A stretch of DNA of 32,000 nucleotides from the NCBI GenBank assembly GCA_963843975.1, contig CAWJMG010000003.1, positions 210,001-242,000 on the forward strand, given 5' to 3'. Positions 1 to 9,184 of the stretch are shown here, piece after piece (position 1 is the first letter of the stretch; every line of letters starts with the position of its first letter). Under the pieces are notes generated by a model. It was given only the letters and a program-made list of their open reading frames with translations, ran no database searches and was not told where the DNA came from. The position numbers were made by a program, and so were the translations under genes. The DNA is from an uncultured Actinomycetes bacterium (GTDB lineage: Bacteria > Actinomycetota > Actinomycetes > S36-B12 > CAIYMF01).

Positions 1-3000
1 CCTCCTGAGGCACGGGCTCGGCCTCGCGTCGCAGTGCAGCGACTGACCGACGGCGGATGAGGCGCAGCACATCGGCGTCGCACCACTCCGAGCCCGAGCC
101 GCCCGGGCGGAACTCGCCGCTGACGACGCGGCCGGACGCCGCGAGCCGGGCGAGCGCGGCGGTGACGACGGCCGTGCCGAGGCCGAACGCGGTCGCGGCC
201 TCGGACGCGTGGAACGGCCCGTGCGTGCGCGCCCACCGGGACACGAGGTCGCCGACCGGGTCGACCACCGGCTCGAGGAAGGCTTCCGGCAGCCCGACCG
301 GCAGGGCCGTGCCGAGAGCGTCGCGCAGGCGCGCGGCGTCCTCGACCGAGGCGACCACCGTCTCGCCGCCGATCCGCACCTCGATCGCCCGGCGTACGGC
401 GACGAGCGCATCGACCCACTCCGCCTGCGCACCGCGGGCTTCCAGGGCAGCGCGCGTGAGCGGGCCGAGCATGCGCAGCAGGTCGGCCACCCCCTCGGAG
501 TCGCGCGCGTGGCGCTCGGGCACGAGCCGCTGCAGCTCTGCCTCGACCTGCGTGAGCGCGACGGCGTCGAGCAGGTCGCGCAGCTCGGCCTGGCCGAGCA
601 GCTCGGCCAGCAGGGCCGAGTCGAGCGTGAGCGCGGCCGCACGGCGCTCGGCGAGCGGGGAGTCGCCCTCGTAGAGGTACTGAGCGACGTAGCCGAACAG
701 GAGCGACCGGGCGAACGGCGACGGCGTGGGCGTCTCGACCTCGACGACGCGCACCTCGCGCGACTGCACCGAGCGCATGAGCGCGACGAGCCCGGGCACG
801 TCGTAGACGTCCTGCAGCACCTCGCGCATCGTCTCGAGCACGATCGGGAACGAGCCGTACTGCGAGGCGACCGAGAGAAGCTGCGCCGACCGTTGGCGCT
901 GCTGCCAGAGCGGCGAACGCTTGCCGGGGTTGCGCCGCGGCAGCAGGAGCGCGCGTGCGGCCGACTCGCGGAAGCGCGAGGCGAACAGCGCCGATCCTCC
1001 GGCCTCGGCGGTGACGAGCGCCTCGACCTCGTCGGGGTCGAGCAGCGTCGACTCGAGCACGCCGCGCATGACCTCGTCGTCCTCGACGTCGGGCAGGCGC
1101 AGCACGATGCCGTCGTCGGCGTGCATCACCTGTGCGTCGACGCCGTGCCGCTCGCGCACGCGCGCACCGATCGCGAGCGCCCAGGGCGCGTGCACGCGCG
1201 CGCCGAACGGCGAGTGCACCACGATGCGCCAGTCGCCGAGCTCGTCGCGCACCTTCTCGACCACGATCGTGCGGTCGTCGGGCAGGTGGACCGTGGCGGC
1301 CTTCTGGTCGTCGAGGTAGGCGAGAAGGTTCGTGACGGCGTTGTCGTCGAGGCCGCTGTCGGACAGGCGCTTCTCGGCCTTGCCGCGCGCGAGCGCGCCG
1401 ACCTCGCGGACGTACGCGCCCATCGCCCGGCCGAGCTCGTACGGTCGGCCGATCGAGTCGCCGTGCCAGAACGGCAGCCGGCCGGCGAGGCCCGGTGCGG
1501 GGGAGACGAGCACGCGGTCGTGGGTGATGTCCTCGATCCGCCAGCTGGACGCTCCGAGCGCGAAGACGTCGCCGACGCGCGACTCGTAGACCATCTCCTC
1601 GTCGAGCTCGCCGACGCGTGACGCCTTCTCCCCGACCAGGAACACGCCGAAAAGGCCGCGGTCGGGGATCGTGCCGCCGCTCGTCACCGCGAGCCGTTGC
1701 GCACCCGGGCGCCCGGTGAGCGTGCCGCTGGTGCGGTCCCACACGAGGCGCGGTCGCAGCTCGGCGAACTCGTCGCTGGGGTAGCGGCCGGCGAGCATGT
1801 CGAGCACTGCGTCGTACGCCGACTGCGGCAGCGTGGCGAACGGCGCGGCACGGCGTACGAGCGCGAGGACGTCGTCGACGTGCCACTCGTCGAGCGCGCA
1901 CATCGCCACGACCTGCTGGGCGAGGACGTCGAGGGGGTTGCGCGGCATGCGCATCTCCTCGATGAGGCCGTCGCGCATTCGCTCGACCACGACCGCCGTC
2001 TGCACGAGGTCGCCGCGGTACTTCGGGAAAACGACGCCGTACGACACAGCGCCCACCTGGTGGCCGGCACGGCCCACCCGCTGCAGGCCGCTCGCGACCG
2101 ACGGCGGCGACTCGACCTGCACGACGAGGTCGACGGCACCCATGTCGATGCCGAGCTCGAGGCTGCTGGTGGCGACGACGGCGGGGAGTCTCCCGGACTT
2201 GAGGTCGTCCTCGATCAGCGCGCGCTGCTCCTTGCTCACCGACCCGTGGTGGGCGCGCGCGAGCACCTGCGGCGCGCCGCCCGTGGAGCCGGCCTGCCCC
2301 ATCGACGCCGCAGGCGCGCCACCGGTGTCGAGCTCCTCGCCGGTGGTGCGCTCGACCCAGATCTCGTTGAGCCGGGCGGTGAGGCGCTCGGCGAGCCGGC
2401 GCGAGTTGGCGAACACGATGGTCGACCGGTGCGAGGCGACCAGGTCGACGACGCGCTCCTCGAGGTGCGGCCAGATCGACGTACGGCGCTCGTCGCCCGC
2501 GGCCGAGCCGTCGACCTCGCCGGTCGACGTCCCGAGCGCGGCCATGTCGTCGACGGGCACGACCACCGTGAGGTCGACCGTCTTCTGCGACGGCGGCTGG
2601 ACGACGGTGACGGGCCTCGACCCGCCGAGGAACGTCGCCACCTCGTCCACCGGTCGCACGGTGGCCGACAGGCCGATGCGCTGCGCGGGATGCTCGAGCA
2701 GCGAGTCGAGGCGCTCGAGGGAGATCGCGAGGTGCGCGCCGCGCTTGGTGCCGGCCATCGCGTGCACCTCGTCGAGGATCACCGTGCGCACGCCGCGCAG
2801 CGAGTCGCGCGCCTGCGAGGTGAGCAGCAGGAACAGCGACTCGGGAGTGGTGATGAGGACGTCCGGCGGCCGCGTGGTGAACCGGCGCCGTTCGTCGGCA
2901 GGAGTGTCGCCCGAACGCACGCCGACCGTGATGTCGGGCTCGGGGAGGCCGAGCCGCACGGCCTCGCGCCGGATGCCCGTGAGCGGGCTGCGGAGGTTGC

Positions 3001-3313
3001 GCTCGACGTCGACCGCGAGGGCCTTCAGCGGCGAGATGTAGAGGACGCGGCAGCGCGCCTTGGGATCCTCGGGCAGCGGCTCGGCCGCAAGGCCGTCGAG
3101 CGCCCAGAGGAATGCAGCGAGGGTCTTGCCCGAGCCCGTGGGGGCCACGACGAGCGCGTGCTGGCCGGACGAGGTCGCGTCCCACGCCCCGACCTGCGCC
3201 GCCGTCGCGGCCTCGAACGCCGAGGAGAACCACGCCTGCGTGGCCGGGGAGAACCGGCCGAGGACGTCGCTCGGCGCAGCCTGTGCGGGCACGGCGTCCT
3301 TGCGGCGGGTCAC
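1..3313 (-). CDS. lhr: ATP-dependent helicase Lhr (large helicase-related), N-terminal ~1100 aa; 3' end runs off the left edge
   Basis: Own minus-strand translation from GTG at 3311-3313, with AGGA about 8 nt upstream. Reads VTRRKDAVPAQ...VVAPTGSGKTLAAFLWALD (Walker A), VILDEVHAMAG (DExH box), HHGSVSKEQR, ATSSLELGIDMG and QRVGRAGH. The frame stays open to position 2. It is absent from the ORF track because no stop lies inside the window. Confidence 0.85.
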   Translation of the reverse strand, partial: MTRRKDAVPAQAAPSDVLGRFSPATQAWFSSAFEAATAAQVGAWDATSSGQHALVVAPTGSGKTLAAFLWALDGLAAEPLPEDPKARCRVLYISPLKALAVDVERNLRSPLTGIRREAVRLGLPEPDITVGVRSGDTPADERRRFTTRPPDVLITTPESLFLLLTSQARDSLRGVRTVILDEVHAMAGTKRGAHLAISLERLDSLLEHPAQRIGLSATVRPVDEVATFLGGSRPVTVVQPPSQKTVDLTVVVPVDDMAALGTSTGEVDGSAAGDERRTSIWPHLEERVVDLVASHRSTIVFANSRRLAERLTARLNEIWVERTTGEELDTGGAPAASMGQAGSTGGAPQVLARAHHGSVSKEQRALIEDDLKSGRLPAVVATSSLELGIDMGAVDLVVQVESPPSVASGLQRVGRAGHQVGAVSYGVVFPKYRGDLVQTAVVVERMRDGLIEEMRMPRNPLDVLAQQVVAMCALDEWHVDDVLALVRRAAPFATLPQSAYDAVLDMLAGRYPSDEFAELRPRLVWDRTSGTLTGRPGAQRLAVTSGGTIPDRGLFGVFLVGEKASRVGELDEEMVYESRVGDVFALGASSWRIEDITHDRVLVSPAPGLAGRLPFWHGDSIGRPYELGRAMGAYVREVGALARGKAEKRLSDSGLDDNAVTNLLAYLDDQKAATVHLPDDRTIVVEKVRDELGDWRIVVHSPFGARVHAPWALAIGARVRERHGVDAQVMHADDGIVLRLPDVEDDEVMRGVLESTLLDPDEVEALVTAEAGGSALFASRFRESAARALLLPRRNPGKRSPLWQQRQRSAQLLSVASQYGSFPIVLETMREVLQDVYDVPGLVALMRSVQSREVRVVEVETPTPSPFARSLLFGYVAQYLYEGDSPLAERRAAALTLDSALLAELLGQAELRDLLDAVALTQVEAELQRLVPERHARDSEGVADLLRMLGPLTRAALEARGAQAEWVDALVAVRRAIEVRIGGETVVASVEDAARLRDALGTALPVGLPEAFLEPVVDPVGDLVSRWARTHGPFHASEAATAFGLGTAVVTAALARLAASGRVVSGEFRPGGSGSEWCDADVLRLIRRRSVAALRREAEPVPQE

Positions 3314-3364
3314 CGCCCCATCCTGGCCCCTGCCCCCGACACCCGCGCCCCCGGTCCCGGACGC

Positions 3365-3424
3365 GAGTCACTGCCCACAGTGGGGTGATGCAGCTGTAGA
3401 CAGCCCCACTGTGGGCAGTGACTC
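3365..3424 (-). terminator. Perfect 21-bp inverted repeat with an 18-nt loop, between the permease stop and the lhr start; probable stem-loop terminator lacking a U-tract, or an operator
   Basis: GAGTCACTGCCCACAGTGGGG (3365-3385) is the exact reverse complement of CCCCACTGTGGGCAGTGACTC (3404-3424). The loop contains CAGCTG. Confidence 0.55.
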
Positions 3425-3434
3425 GGAGGTCGGC

Positions 3435-4278
3435 TCAGGCGTCCCGGCGGCGCAGCATCTCTGCGGCGGCCACGAGGAGCACGACGGCGTACGCCGCAGC
3501 CAGGCCGAGGCCCAGCCAGGGCGAGAGGCCGCTCGGGTCGGGCGCGACCAAGGTGACCTGCTGGCCGGCGTTGCTCGGCAGCCAGTGCGACAGCGTGTCC
3601 CCGAGCTTGCCCGGGAGCAGGAAGGCCAGCGGCGGCAGGACGAGGAGCACGCCGAGCAGGGTCGTGATGCCGGCGGGCGTGCTGCGCAGCAGCGCCCCGA
3701 CCGCGAGGCCGAGCAGCGCGATGACGGCGAGGTACGCCGGAGCCTCCGAGCAGCACGCGCAGCACTCCGGTGTCGCCGAGCGAGACCGAGAGACCCTTGC
3801 TCGACAGGATCGCCATCGTGACGCCGAACGACGCCAACGATGCGACGAGCATCGTCACGTACGTCACGACCGCGAGCAGCACGGCCTTCGCGACGAGCAC
3901 CGGCGTACGGCGGGGCACCGCGAGCAGCGACCCGCGGATCGCGCCGGTGGAGTACTCGCCGGTGATCGTCATGACGCCGAGCGCGGCGATCGCGATGGAC
4001 GCGAAGGTCAGGCCGGCCAGTGCGATGGACATCGCGTCGAACAGCGCGCGGTCGACCGCGTCGGCCGTGTCCCACTGGCTGAGCACGACGCTGCTGACGA
4101 GCGCGGCGACGCCGACCATCAGCACGACGGCGGTCGCGAGAGTCGCCCAGGTGCTGCGCAGCGTGCGCAGCTTGGTCCACTCGGACTGCAGGACGCGCAT
4201 GAACGACACGCCCTTCGCGGGCACGGGCGAGACGTACGGCTGCACGGCCGTGGGTGCGGGGGTGGTGATCGTGCTCAT
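3435..4278 (-). pseudogene. ABC-2 type transporter permease, interrupted by a net +1 (or -2) frameshift at about 3735-3741
   Basis: N-part MSTITTPAP...EWTKLRTLRSTWATL...GEYSTGAIRGSLLAVPRR...LGDTGVLRVLLGGSG lies in the frame of track ORF 3310..5316. It continues as AYLAVIALLGLAVGALLRSTPAGITTLLGVLLVLPPLAF...SNAGQQV...RRRDA in the frame of ORF 3435..3650. The ATG at 4276-4278 overlaps the ATPase stop (ATGA). Confidence 0.75.
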
Positions 4279-5223
4279 GCTGCGCTCCTGTCGGTGCCGA
4301 CGGCGGTCGCGTCGGTCATGGTCGTGGCGGAGTACTCGACGCTGTCGCGCGTGAGCTCCATGAACGCCTCCTCGAGGGAGGGCTGCTGCGTGCGCAGCTC
4401 GTGCACCGTGGCGCCGGCCGCAGCCGCGACGTCGCCGACGACCACCTGGTCGAGGCCGGTCACGTCGAGGCCGGAGCCGCCGTCGTGGCTGACGACGCCG
4501 CCGGCGGCGACGAGGCGGTCGCGCAGGGCCGCAGCGTGCGGCGACACGATGCGCACGCTGCGCTGCGAGGACGACTCGATGAACGCCTCGACCGTCGTGT
4601 CGGCGAGGAGGCGTCCGCGGCCGATGACCACGAGATGCTCGGCCGTGAGGGCCATCTCGCTCATGAGGTGCGAGCTGCACGAGCACCGTGCGCCCCTCGG
4701 ACGCGAGGTGCTTGAGGAGGTTGCGCACCCACAGGATGCCCTCGGGGTCGAGGCCGTTGACCGGCTCGTCGAGGATGAGGACGCCGGGGTCGCCGAGCAG
4801 GGCCGCGGCGATGCCGAGGCGCTGCCCCATGCCGAGCGAGAAGCCGCCCGAGCGCTTGGAACCGACCTCGGAGAGCCCGACGATGCCGAGCACCTCGTCG
4901 ACGCGCTTCGCCGGGATGCCGTTGGTCTGCGCGAGGGCGAGCAGGGTGTTGCGGGCGCTGCGTCCCGGGTGGGCGACGCGGGCGTCGAGGTGCGCTCCCA
5001 CCTCCTGCAACGGCGCCGGCGCTTCACGGTAGGCGCGGCCGCTGATGTGCGCGGTGCCGGCGTCGGGCCGGTCGAGACCGACGATCATGCGCATCGTCGT
5101 GGACTTGCCCGCGCCGTTGGGCCCGAGGAACCCGGTGACCGTGCCGGGTCGGACGGTGAAGCTGAGGTCGTCCACGGCTCGCTTGTCGCCGTAGACCTTG
5201 GTCAGGCCGTGTGCCTCGATCAT
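4275..5223 (-). pseudogene. ABC transporter ATP-binding protein (DrrA/ABC-2 type), interrupted by a 1-nt insertion at 4677
   Basis: MIEAHGLTKVYG...GPNGAGKST (Walker A), FSLGMGQRLGIA (signature) and VLILDEP (Walker B) run up to ...EGRTVLV in frame 0. SSHLMSEMALTAEHLVVIGRGRLLAD... then continues in the frame of ORF 4275..5027. On the coding strand the junction reads GTG-C-AGC-TCG-CAC. GAAGGG RBS lies upstream of the ATG at 5223. Confidence 0.8.
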
Positions 5224-5357
5224 GTCTGGTGTCCCTTCGTCGGCCGCGTTCTGCGACATAAAGGACGCTAGGTGCGCCACCACAGCCGGCTCGACGGCCG
5301 CGAGGACGGTCTTCACGCCCTCCCTGCGGACGACGGGGAGCAGTTGCGGTCGCGCGC

Positions 5358-5377
5358 TCTCCTCCCTGAGGAGGAGA
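5358..5377. repeat. 8-bp perfect hairpin TCTCCTCC-CTGA-GGAGGAGA in the divergent ABC / two-component intergenic region
   Basis: Read directly from the sequence. It carries the CCC-TGA-GG type core also seen in the miaB/miaA repeats. Function unknown. Confidence 0.3.
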
Positions 5378-5435
5378 CACGGCTGGGCCCGGGGGAGGAC
5401 GTGGCCGACACCCGCGCGCCCTAGGCTCGATCACC

Positions 5436-6626
5436 GTGAGACGACTGCGCGCGTGGTTCCGGGACCGGCCCCGGGCGACGGACGCCCTGATCGCCTTCGT
5501 GCTCACCGCGTTCACCGTCGCCGGTGGCGTCCTCACAGTCGTCGACACCTCGGAAGGGCCGGCAGATTCGCCGACGTGGGCGCTCGTCGTGGTCGCGCTG
5601 CTCGCGGTCGCCACGTACTGGCGCCGCACCCGCACGATGCTCGTGTTCTGGGGCGCGACCGCCGTCGGCCTCGGGTTCGCCCTCCTCGGCATCAACGACG
5701 CCGTGAGCCTGCCCTCGCTCGTCCTGCTCTACACCGTGGCCTCGCGCAGGCCACGCCGCGAGGCCACGTTCGCCTGGATCGCCTCGCTGGCCGTGGCGCT
5801 GGTGCTCGCGCTCCGCCTCGCTGACGGGATCGAGTACGCCGGCGCCATCGCGGTGGGCGCGCTCGTCACCGTGCCGTACGCGATCGGCATCGCTGTCGGC
5901 AACCGGCGCCAGCTGGTCGACGCCCTGCGCGACCGCGCCGAGCGGGCCGAGGCGGAGGTCGAGGCCCGCACCCGCGTCGCGACGCTGGAGGAGCGGGCGC
6001 GCATCTCGCGCGAGCTCCACGACGTCCTCGCGCACGGGCTCACCGTGATGATCGCGCAGTCCGAGGGCGCGGCGTCGGTCGCGTCGAACGACGCCGACCG
6101 CGCCGCCGAGGCGATGCGCACGGTCGCGGCCACCGGCCGGCAGTCGCTGAACGAGCTGCGCCGGCTCGTCGCCGCCGAGCGGGTCGACGTCGTGGACGCC
6201 GGCCCGGACCTCGCGCCGATGCCTGGCCTCGACGATCTCGACGCCCTGGTGGAGCGCGTGCGCACGGCCGGGCTTCCCGTGCGGCTCACGAGGTCCGGCG
6301 ATGCTGCACTCGTCCCTGACGACGTCGGCCGCGCGGCGTACCGGCTCGTCCAGGAGGCGCTGACCAACGTCCTCAAGCACGGCGGCTCGGGCGCCCAGGC
6401 CGAGGTCGTGCTCGAGGTGGGCGACGTCCTCGCCGTGCGGGTGGCGGACCGCGGCGGTGCGCGGACGGAGCGGTCATCGGACGCCGGCGCCGGCGCCGGC
6501 TCGGGCCTCGTCGGGATGCGCGAGCGCGTCGCGATGCTCGGCGGCGAGCTCGAGGCCGGGTCGACTCCCGACGGCGGCTGGCAGGTGCGGGCGACCGTTC
6601 CCCTCGCAGCGGAGGACCGCGCATGA
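5436..6626 (+). CDS. Sensor histidine kinase, NarL/DesK-type (HisKA_3 + HATPase_c)
   Basis: Track ORF. Several N-terminal hydrophobic helices, H-box ERARISRELHDVLAHGLTVM, and C-terminal GSGLVGMRERVAMLGGEL. Confidence 0.9.
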   Translation: MRRLRAWFRDRPRATDALIAFVLTAFTVAGGVLTVVDTSEGPADSPTWALVVVALLAVATYWRRTRTMLVFWGATAVGLGFALLGINDAVSLPSLVLLYTVASRRPRREATFAWIASLAVALVLALRLADGIEYAGAIAVGALVTVPYAIGIAVGNRRQLVDALRDRAERAEAEVEARTRVATLEERARISRELHDVLAHGLTVMIAQSEGAASVASNDADRAAEAMRTVAATGRQSLNELRRLVAAERVDVVDAGPDLAPMPGLDDLDALVERVRTAGLPVRLTRSGDAALVPDDVGRAAYRLVQEALTNVLKHGGSGAQAEVVLEVGDVLAVRVADRGGARTERSSDAGAGAGSGLVGMRERVAMLGGELEAGSTPDGGWQVRATVPLAAEDRA

Positions 6627-7315
6627 CTGCACCGGAGAACGTCATCACCGTGCTGCTCGTCGACGACCAGCCGCTGCTGCGCGCCGGCTTCCGCATGGTG
6701 CTCGACTCCCATCCCGGCATCGAGGTCGTGGGCGAGGCCGGTGACGGGCTCGAGGGCGTGCGCGAGACCGAGCGACTGCTGCCGGACGTCGTGCTCATGG
6801 ACATCCGGATGCCCGGGGTCGACGGCGTCGAGGCCACGCGCCGGATCGTCGACGCGGGCCTGGCCTCGCGGGTCCTCGTGCTCACGACCTTCGATCTCGA
6901 CGAGTACGCGTTCGCCGCCCTGCGTGCGGGGGCGAGCGGCTTCCTGCTCAAGGACGTGCCGCCCGACCAGCTCGTCGCGGCGATCGCCTCGGTGGCCTCC
7001 GGCGACGCCGTGATGGCGCCGCGCGTGACCCGCTCCCTGCTCAGCGCGTTCGCGCACGACCTGCCCGCCGCGCCGCAGCCCGCGCGCGACGACGCTGTCG
7101 CCTCGCTGACCGAGCGCGAGCGCGAGGTGCTGCTGCTCGTGGCACGCGGCCTGTCGAACGCCGAGATCGCCGCCGAGCTCGTGGTGGGGGAGACGACGGT
7201 GAAGAGCCACGTGAGCCGCGTGCTCGAGAAGCTGGGCCTGCGTGACCGCGTGCAGGCCGTCGTGCTGGCGTACGAGTCGGGCCTCGTCGTGCCCGGACGC
7301 GACCCGCAGCCATGA
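6623..7315 (+). CDS. Response regulator, NarL/LuxR family
   Basis: REC domain VLLVDDQPLLR...DVVLMDIRMPGVDG and LuxR HTH LTEREREVLLLVARGLSNAEIA. ATGA overlap with the kinase stop. Confidence 0.95.
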   Translation: MTAPENVITVLLVDDQPLLRAGFRMVLDSHPGIEVVGEAGDGLEGVRETERLLPDVVLMDIRMPGVDGVEATRRIVDAGLASRVLVLTTFDLDEYAFAALRAGASGFLLKDVPPDQLVAAIASVASGDAVMAPRVTRSLLSAFAHDLPAAPQPARDDAVASLTEREREVLLLVARGLSNAEIAAELVVGETTVKSHVSRVLEKLGLRDRVQAVVLAYESGLVVPGRDPQP

Positions 7316-7336
7316 TGCGTGAGGCAGGATCAGCGC

Positions 7337-7537
7337 ATGAGCTCAGCCGCCCTCGTGGCACCCACCCTCGCCGCTGACGGTCCGAGCCTGCTCGGCTGGG
7401 TCGTGGTGGTCGTGATCCTGCTCGTGCTGGCTGCCGTGCTCATGGCGGTGCTGCGCCGCGGTCGCGCGGGCGGCGCCATCAGCCCGATCGACCAGCCGCG
7501 CACGCCGCCCCCGGACGACCAGCCGCCCGCCGCCTGA
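7337..7537 (+). CDS. Small (66 aa) single-pass membrane protein with a Pro-rich tail, hypothetical
   Basis: Internal ATG of track ORF 7319..7537, with GAGGCAGGA 8 nt upstream. One hydrophobic helix LLGWVVVVVILLVLAAVLMAVL. High third-position GC. Followed directly by a strong terminator. Confidence 0.45.
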   Translation: MSSAALVAPTLAADGPSLLGWVVVVVILLVLAAVLMAVLRRGRAGGAISPIDQPRTPPPDDQPPAA

Positions 7538-7539
7538 CC

Positions 7540-7589
7540 GGTACGACGAAGGCCGCCGCCCCACGTGGGGCGGCGGCCTTCGTCGTACC
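7540..7589. terminator. Perfect 50-bp palindrome (25-bp arms, centre CACGTG) between convergent genes; bidirectional terminator
   Basis: GGTACGACGAAGGCCGCCGCCCCAC / GTGGGGCGGCGGCCTTCGTCGTACC. It lies 3 nt after the small-ORF stop and 9 nt before the MFS stop. Confidence 0.7.
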
Positions 7590-7597
7590 TGCCTCGA

Positions 7598-9184
7598 TCA
7601 GTCGAGAGCCATCGGCAGGGGAACGGCTGCGTCGTCCGCGAGCTCGTGCGCGACGTCGCGCTTGGTCTTGAGCCGCACCTCCGGCAGCAGCCACGCGAGC
7701 AGGAACGCCACCACCATGAACGGCACGGCGACGAGGAACGTGGTGTCGATCGCGTTGGCGAACGCCTGCAGCACCGTCTCCTGGATCGCCGGCGGCAGCG
7801 CCTCGATGCTGCCGATGGACGACGTCGCGTCGCCGATCTGGCCGGTGCCCCCGGGGAAGGCGGCGTTGAGCTCGGCGGTGAGGCGGGCGGTCCACACCGC
7901 ACCGAAGAACGCCGTGCCGAACGATCCGCCGATCGACCGGAAGAACGTGGCCCCCGACGTGGCGGCACCCATCTGCTGCGGCGCCACGGTGTTCTGGACC
8001 GCGAGCACGAGCGTCTGCATCACGTTGCCGAGGCCGGCGCCGAGGATGAACATCGCGAGCGCGTTGTACCAGAACGGCGAGTCGACGCCGAGCTTGCTCA
8101 TCATGTAGATGCCGATGGCTGCGAGCCCGGTGCCGATGATCGGGAACACCTTGTAGCGGCCCATGCGGGCGATGAGCTGACCCGACAGGATCGAGGTGAT
8201 GAGGATGCCGAGCATGAGCGGCAGCAGCATCAAGCCTGCCTGCGTCGGCGTCGCGCCGCGCACGACCTGGAAGTAGATCGACAGGTACACGATCGACCCG
8301 AACATCGCGAAGCCGACGATGAAGCCGACCATCGAGCTGACGCGGAACACCCGGTTGGAGAAGAGCGACATCGGGACGATCGGCTCCTCGGTGCGCAGCT
8401 CGTGCCACACGAAGATCGCGAGCGCGGCGATGCCGCCGATGGCCAGGCCGATGATCGTCGGGCTGGTCCAGTCGTACTCCTGGCCGCCCCAGACGGTGAC
8501 GAGCAGCACCATCGTGACGCCCGCGACGAGCAGCGCCGAGCCGAGCCAGTCGATCGGCTTCTTCTCGTGCAGCACCGGCAGGTGCAGGAAGATCGCGAGG
8601 GCGGCGAACGCGGCGATGCCCAGCGGGACGTTGATGTAGAAGATCCAGCGCCACGACAGCTGCTCGGTGAAGAAGCCGCCGAGCAGCGGGCCGATGACGG
8701 AGGAGAGGCCGAACACTGCGCCGAAGAGCCCGGCGTAGCGGCCGCGGTCGCGCGGCGGGATCAGGTCGGCGATGACCGCCATGACCAGCACCATGATGCC
8801 GCCGCCGCCGATGCCCTGGAGGGCGCGCGTGCCGATGAGCTGGGCCATGTTCTGTGACAGGCCGGCGAGCATCGAGGCCCCGACGAAGACGGCGACCGCC
8901 GACTGCAGCATGACCTTGCGGCCGTAGAGGTCGGAGAGCTTGCCCCAGATCGGCGTCGAGGCGGTGGAGGCGAGGAGGTACGCCGTGATGACCCAGGAGA
9001 GCTCGTTGAGCCCGTTGAGCTCGGACGTGATGCGCGGGAGCGCCGTCGAGACGATGGTCTGGTCGAGGGCCGCGAGCAGCATCGTGAGCATGAGCGCGGA
9101 CAGGATCCAGCGCAGGTGCTTGCGGCTCTCGGCCACCTCGGGGTCGAAGACGAATTCCGCGCGTGCGGAGTCGGGCGTGCTCAT
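7598..9184 (-). CDS. MFS transporter, DHA2 (EmrB/QacA, 14-TMS) drug:H+ antiporter family
   Basis: Track ORF of 528 aa. LDQTIVSTALP and GKLSDLYGRK (motif A-like). Many TM segments. Confidence 0.9.
   Translation of the reverse strand: MSTPDSARAEFVFDPEVAESRKHLRWILSALMLTMLLAALDQTIVSTALPRITSELNGLNELSWVITAYLLASTASTPIWGKLSDLYGRKVMLQSAVAVFVGASMLAGLSQNMAQLIGTRALQGIGGGGIMVLVMAVIADLIPPRDRGRYAGLFGAVFGLSSVIGPLLGGFFTEQLSWRWIFYINVPLGIAAFAALAIFLHLPVLHEKKPIDWLGSALLVAGVTMVLLVTVWGGQEYDWTSPTIIGLAIGGIAALAIFVWHELRTEEPIVPMSLFSNRVFRVSSMVGFIVGFAMFGSIVYLSIYFQVVRGATPTQAGLMLLPLMLGILITSILSGQLIARMGRYKVFPIIGTGLAAIGIYMMSKLGVDSPFWYNALAMFILGAGLGNVMQTLVLAVQNTVAPQQMGAATSGATFFRSIGGSFGTAFFGAVWTARLTAELNAAFPGGTGQIGDATSSIGSIEALPPAIQETVLQAFANAIDTTFLVAVPFMVVAFLLAWLLPEVRLKTKRDVAHELADDAAVPLPMALD

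Noticed and set aside
209-3388. Plus-strand ORFs 209..1621, 1697..3388, 1797..3041 and others
   Set aside because: All are antisense to the lhr reading frame, which carries canonical helicase motifs. Their compositions are Arg/Glu/Asp/Ala-rich artefacts.
3310-5316. Single 668-aa ORF spanning the ABC region
   Set aside because: It is a chimera. It contains the ATPase N-half, out-of-frame read-through, the permease N-part and then more out-of-frame sequence running through the terminator hairpin. The real genes are recovered only by switching frames at 4677 and at about 3738.
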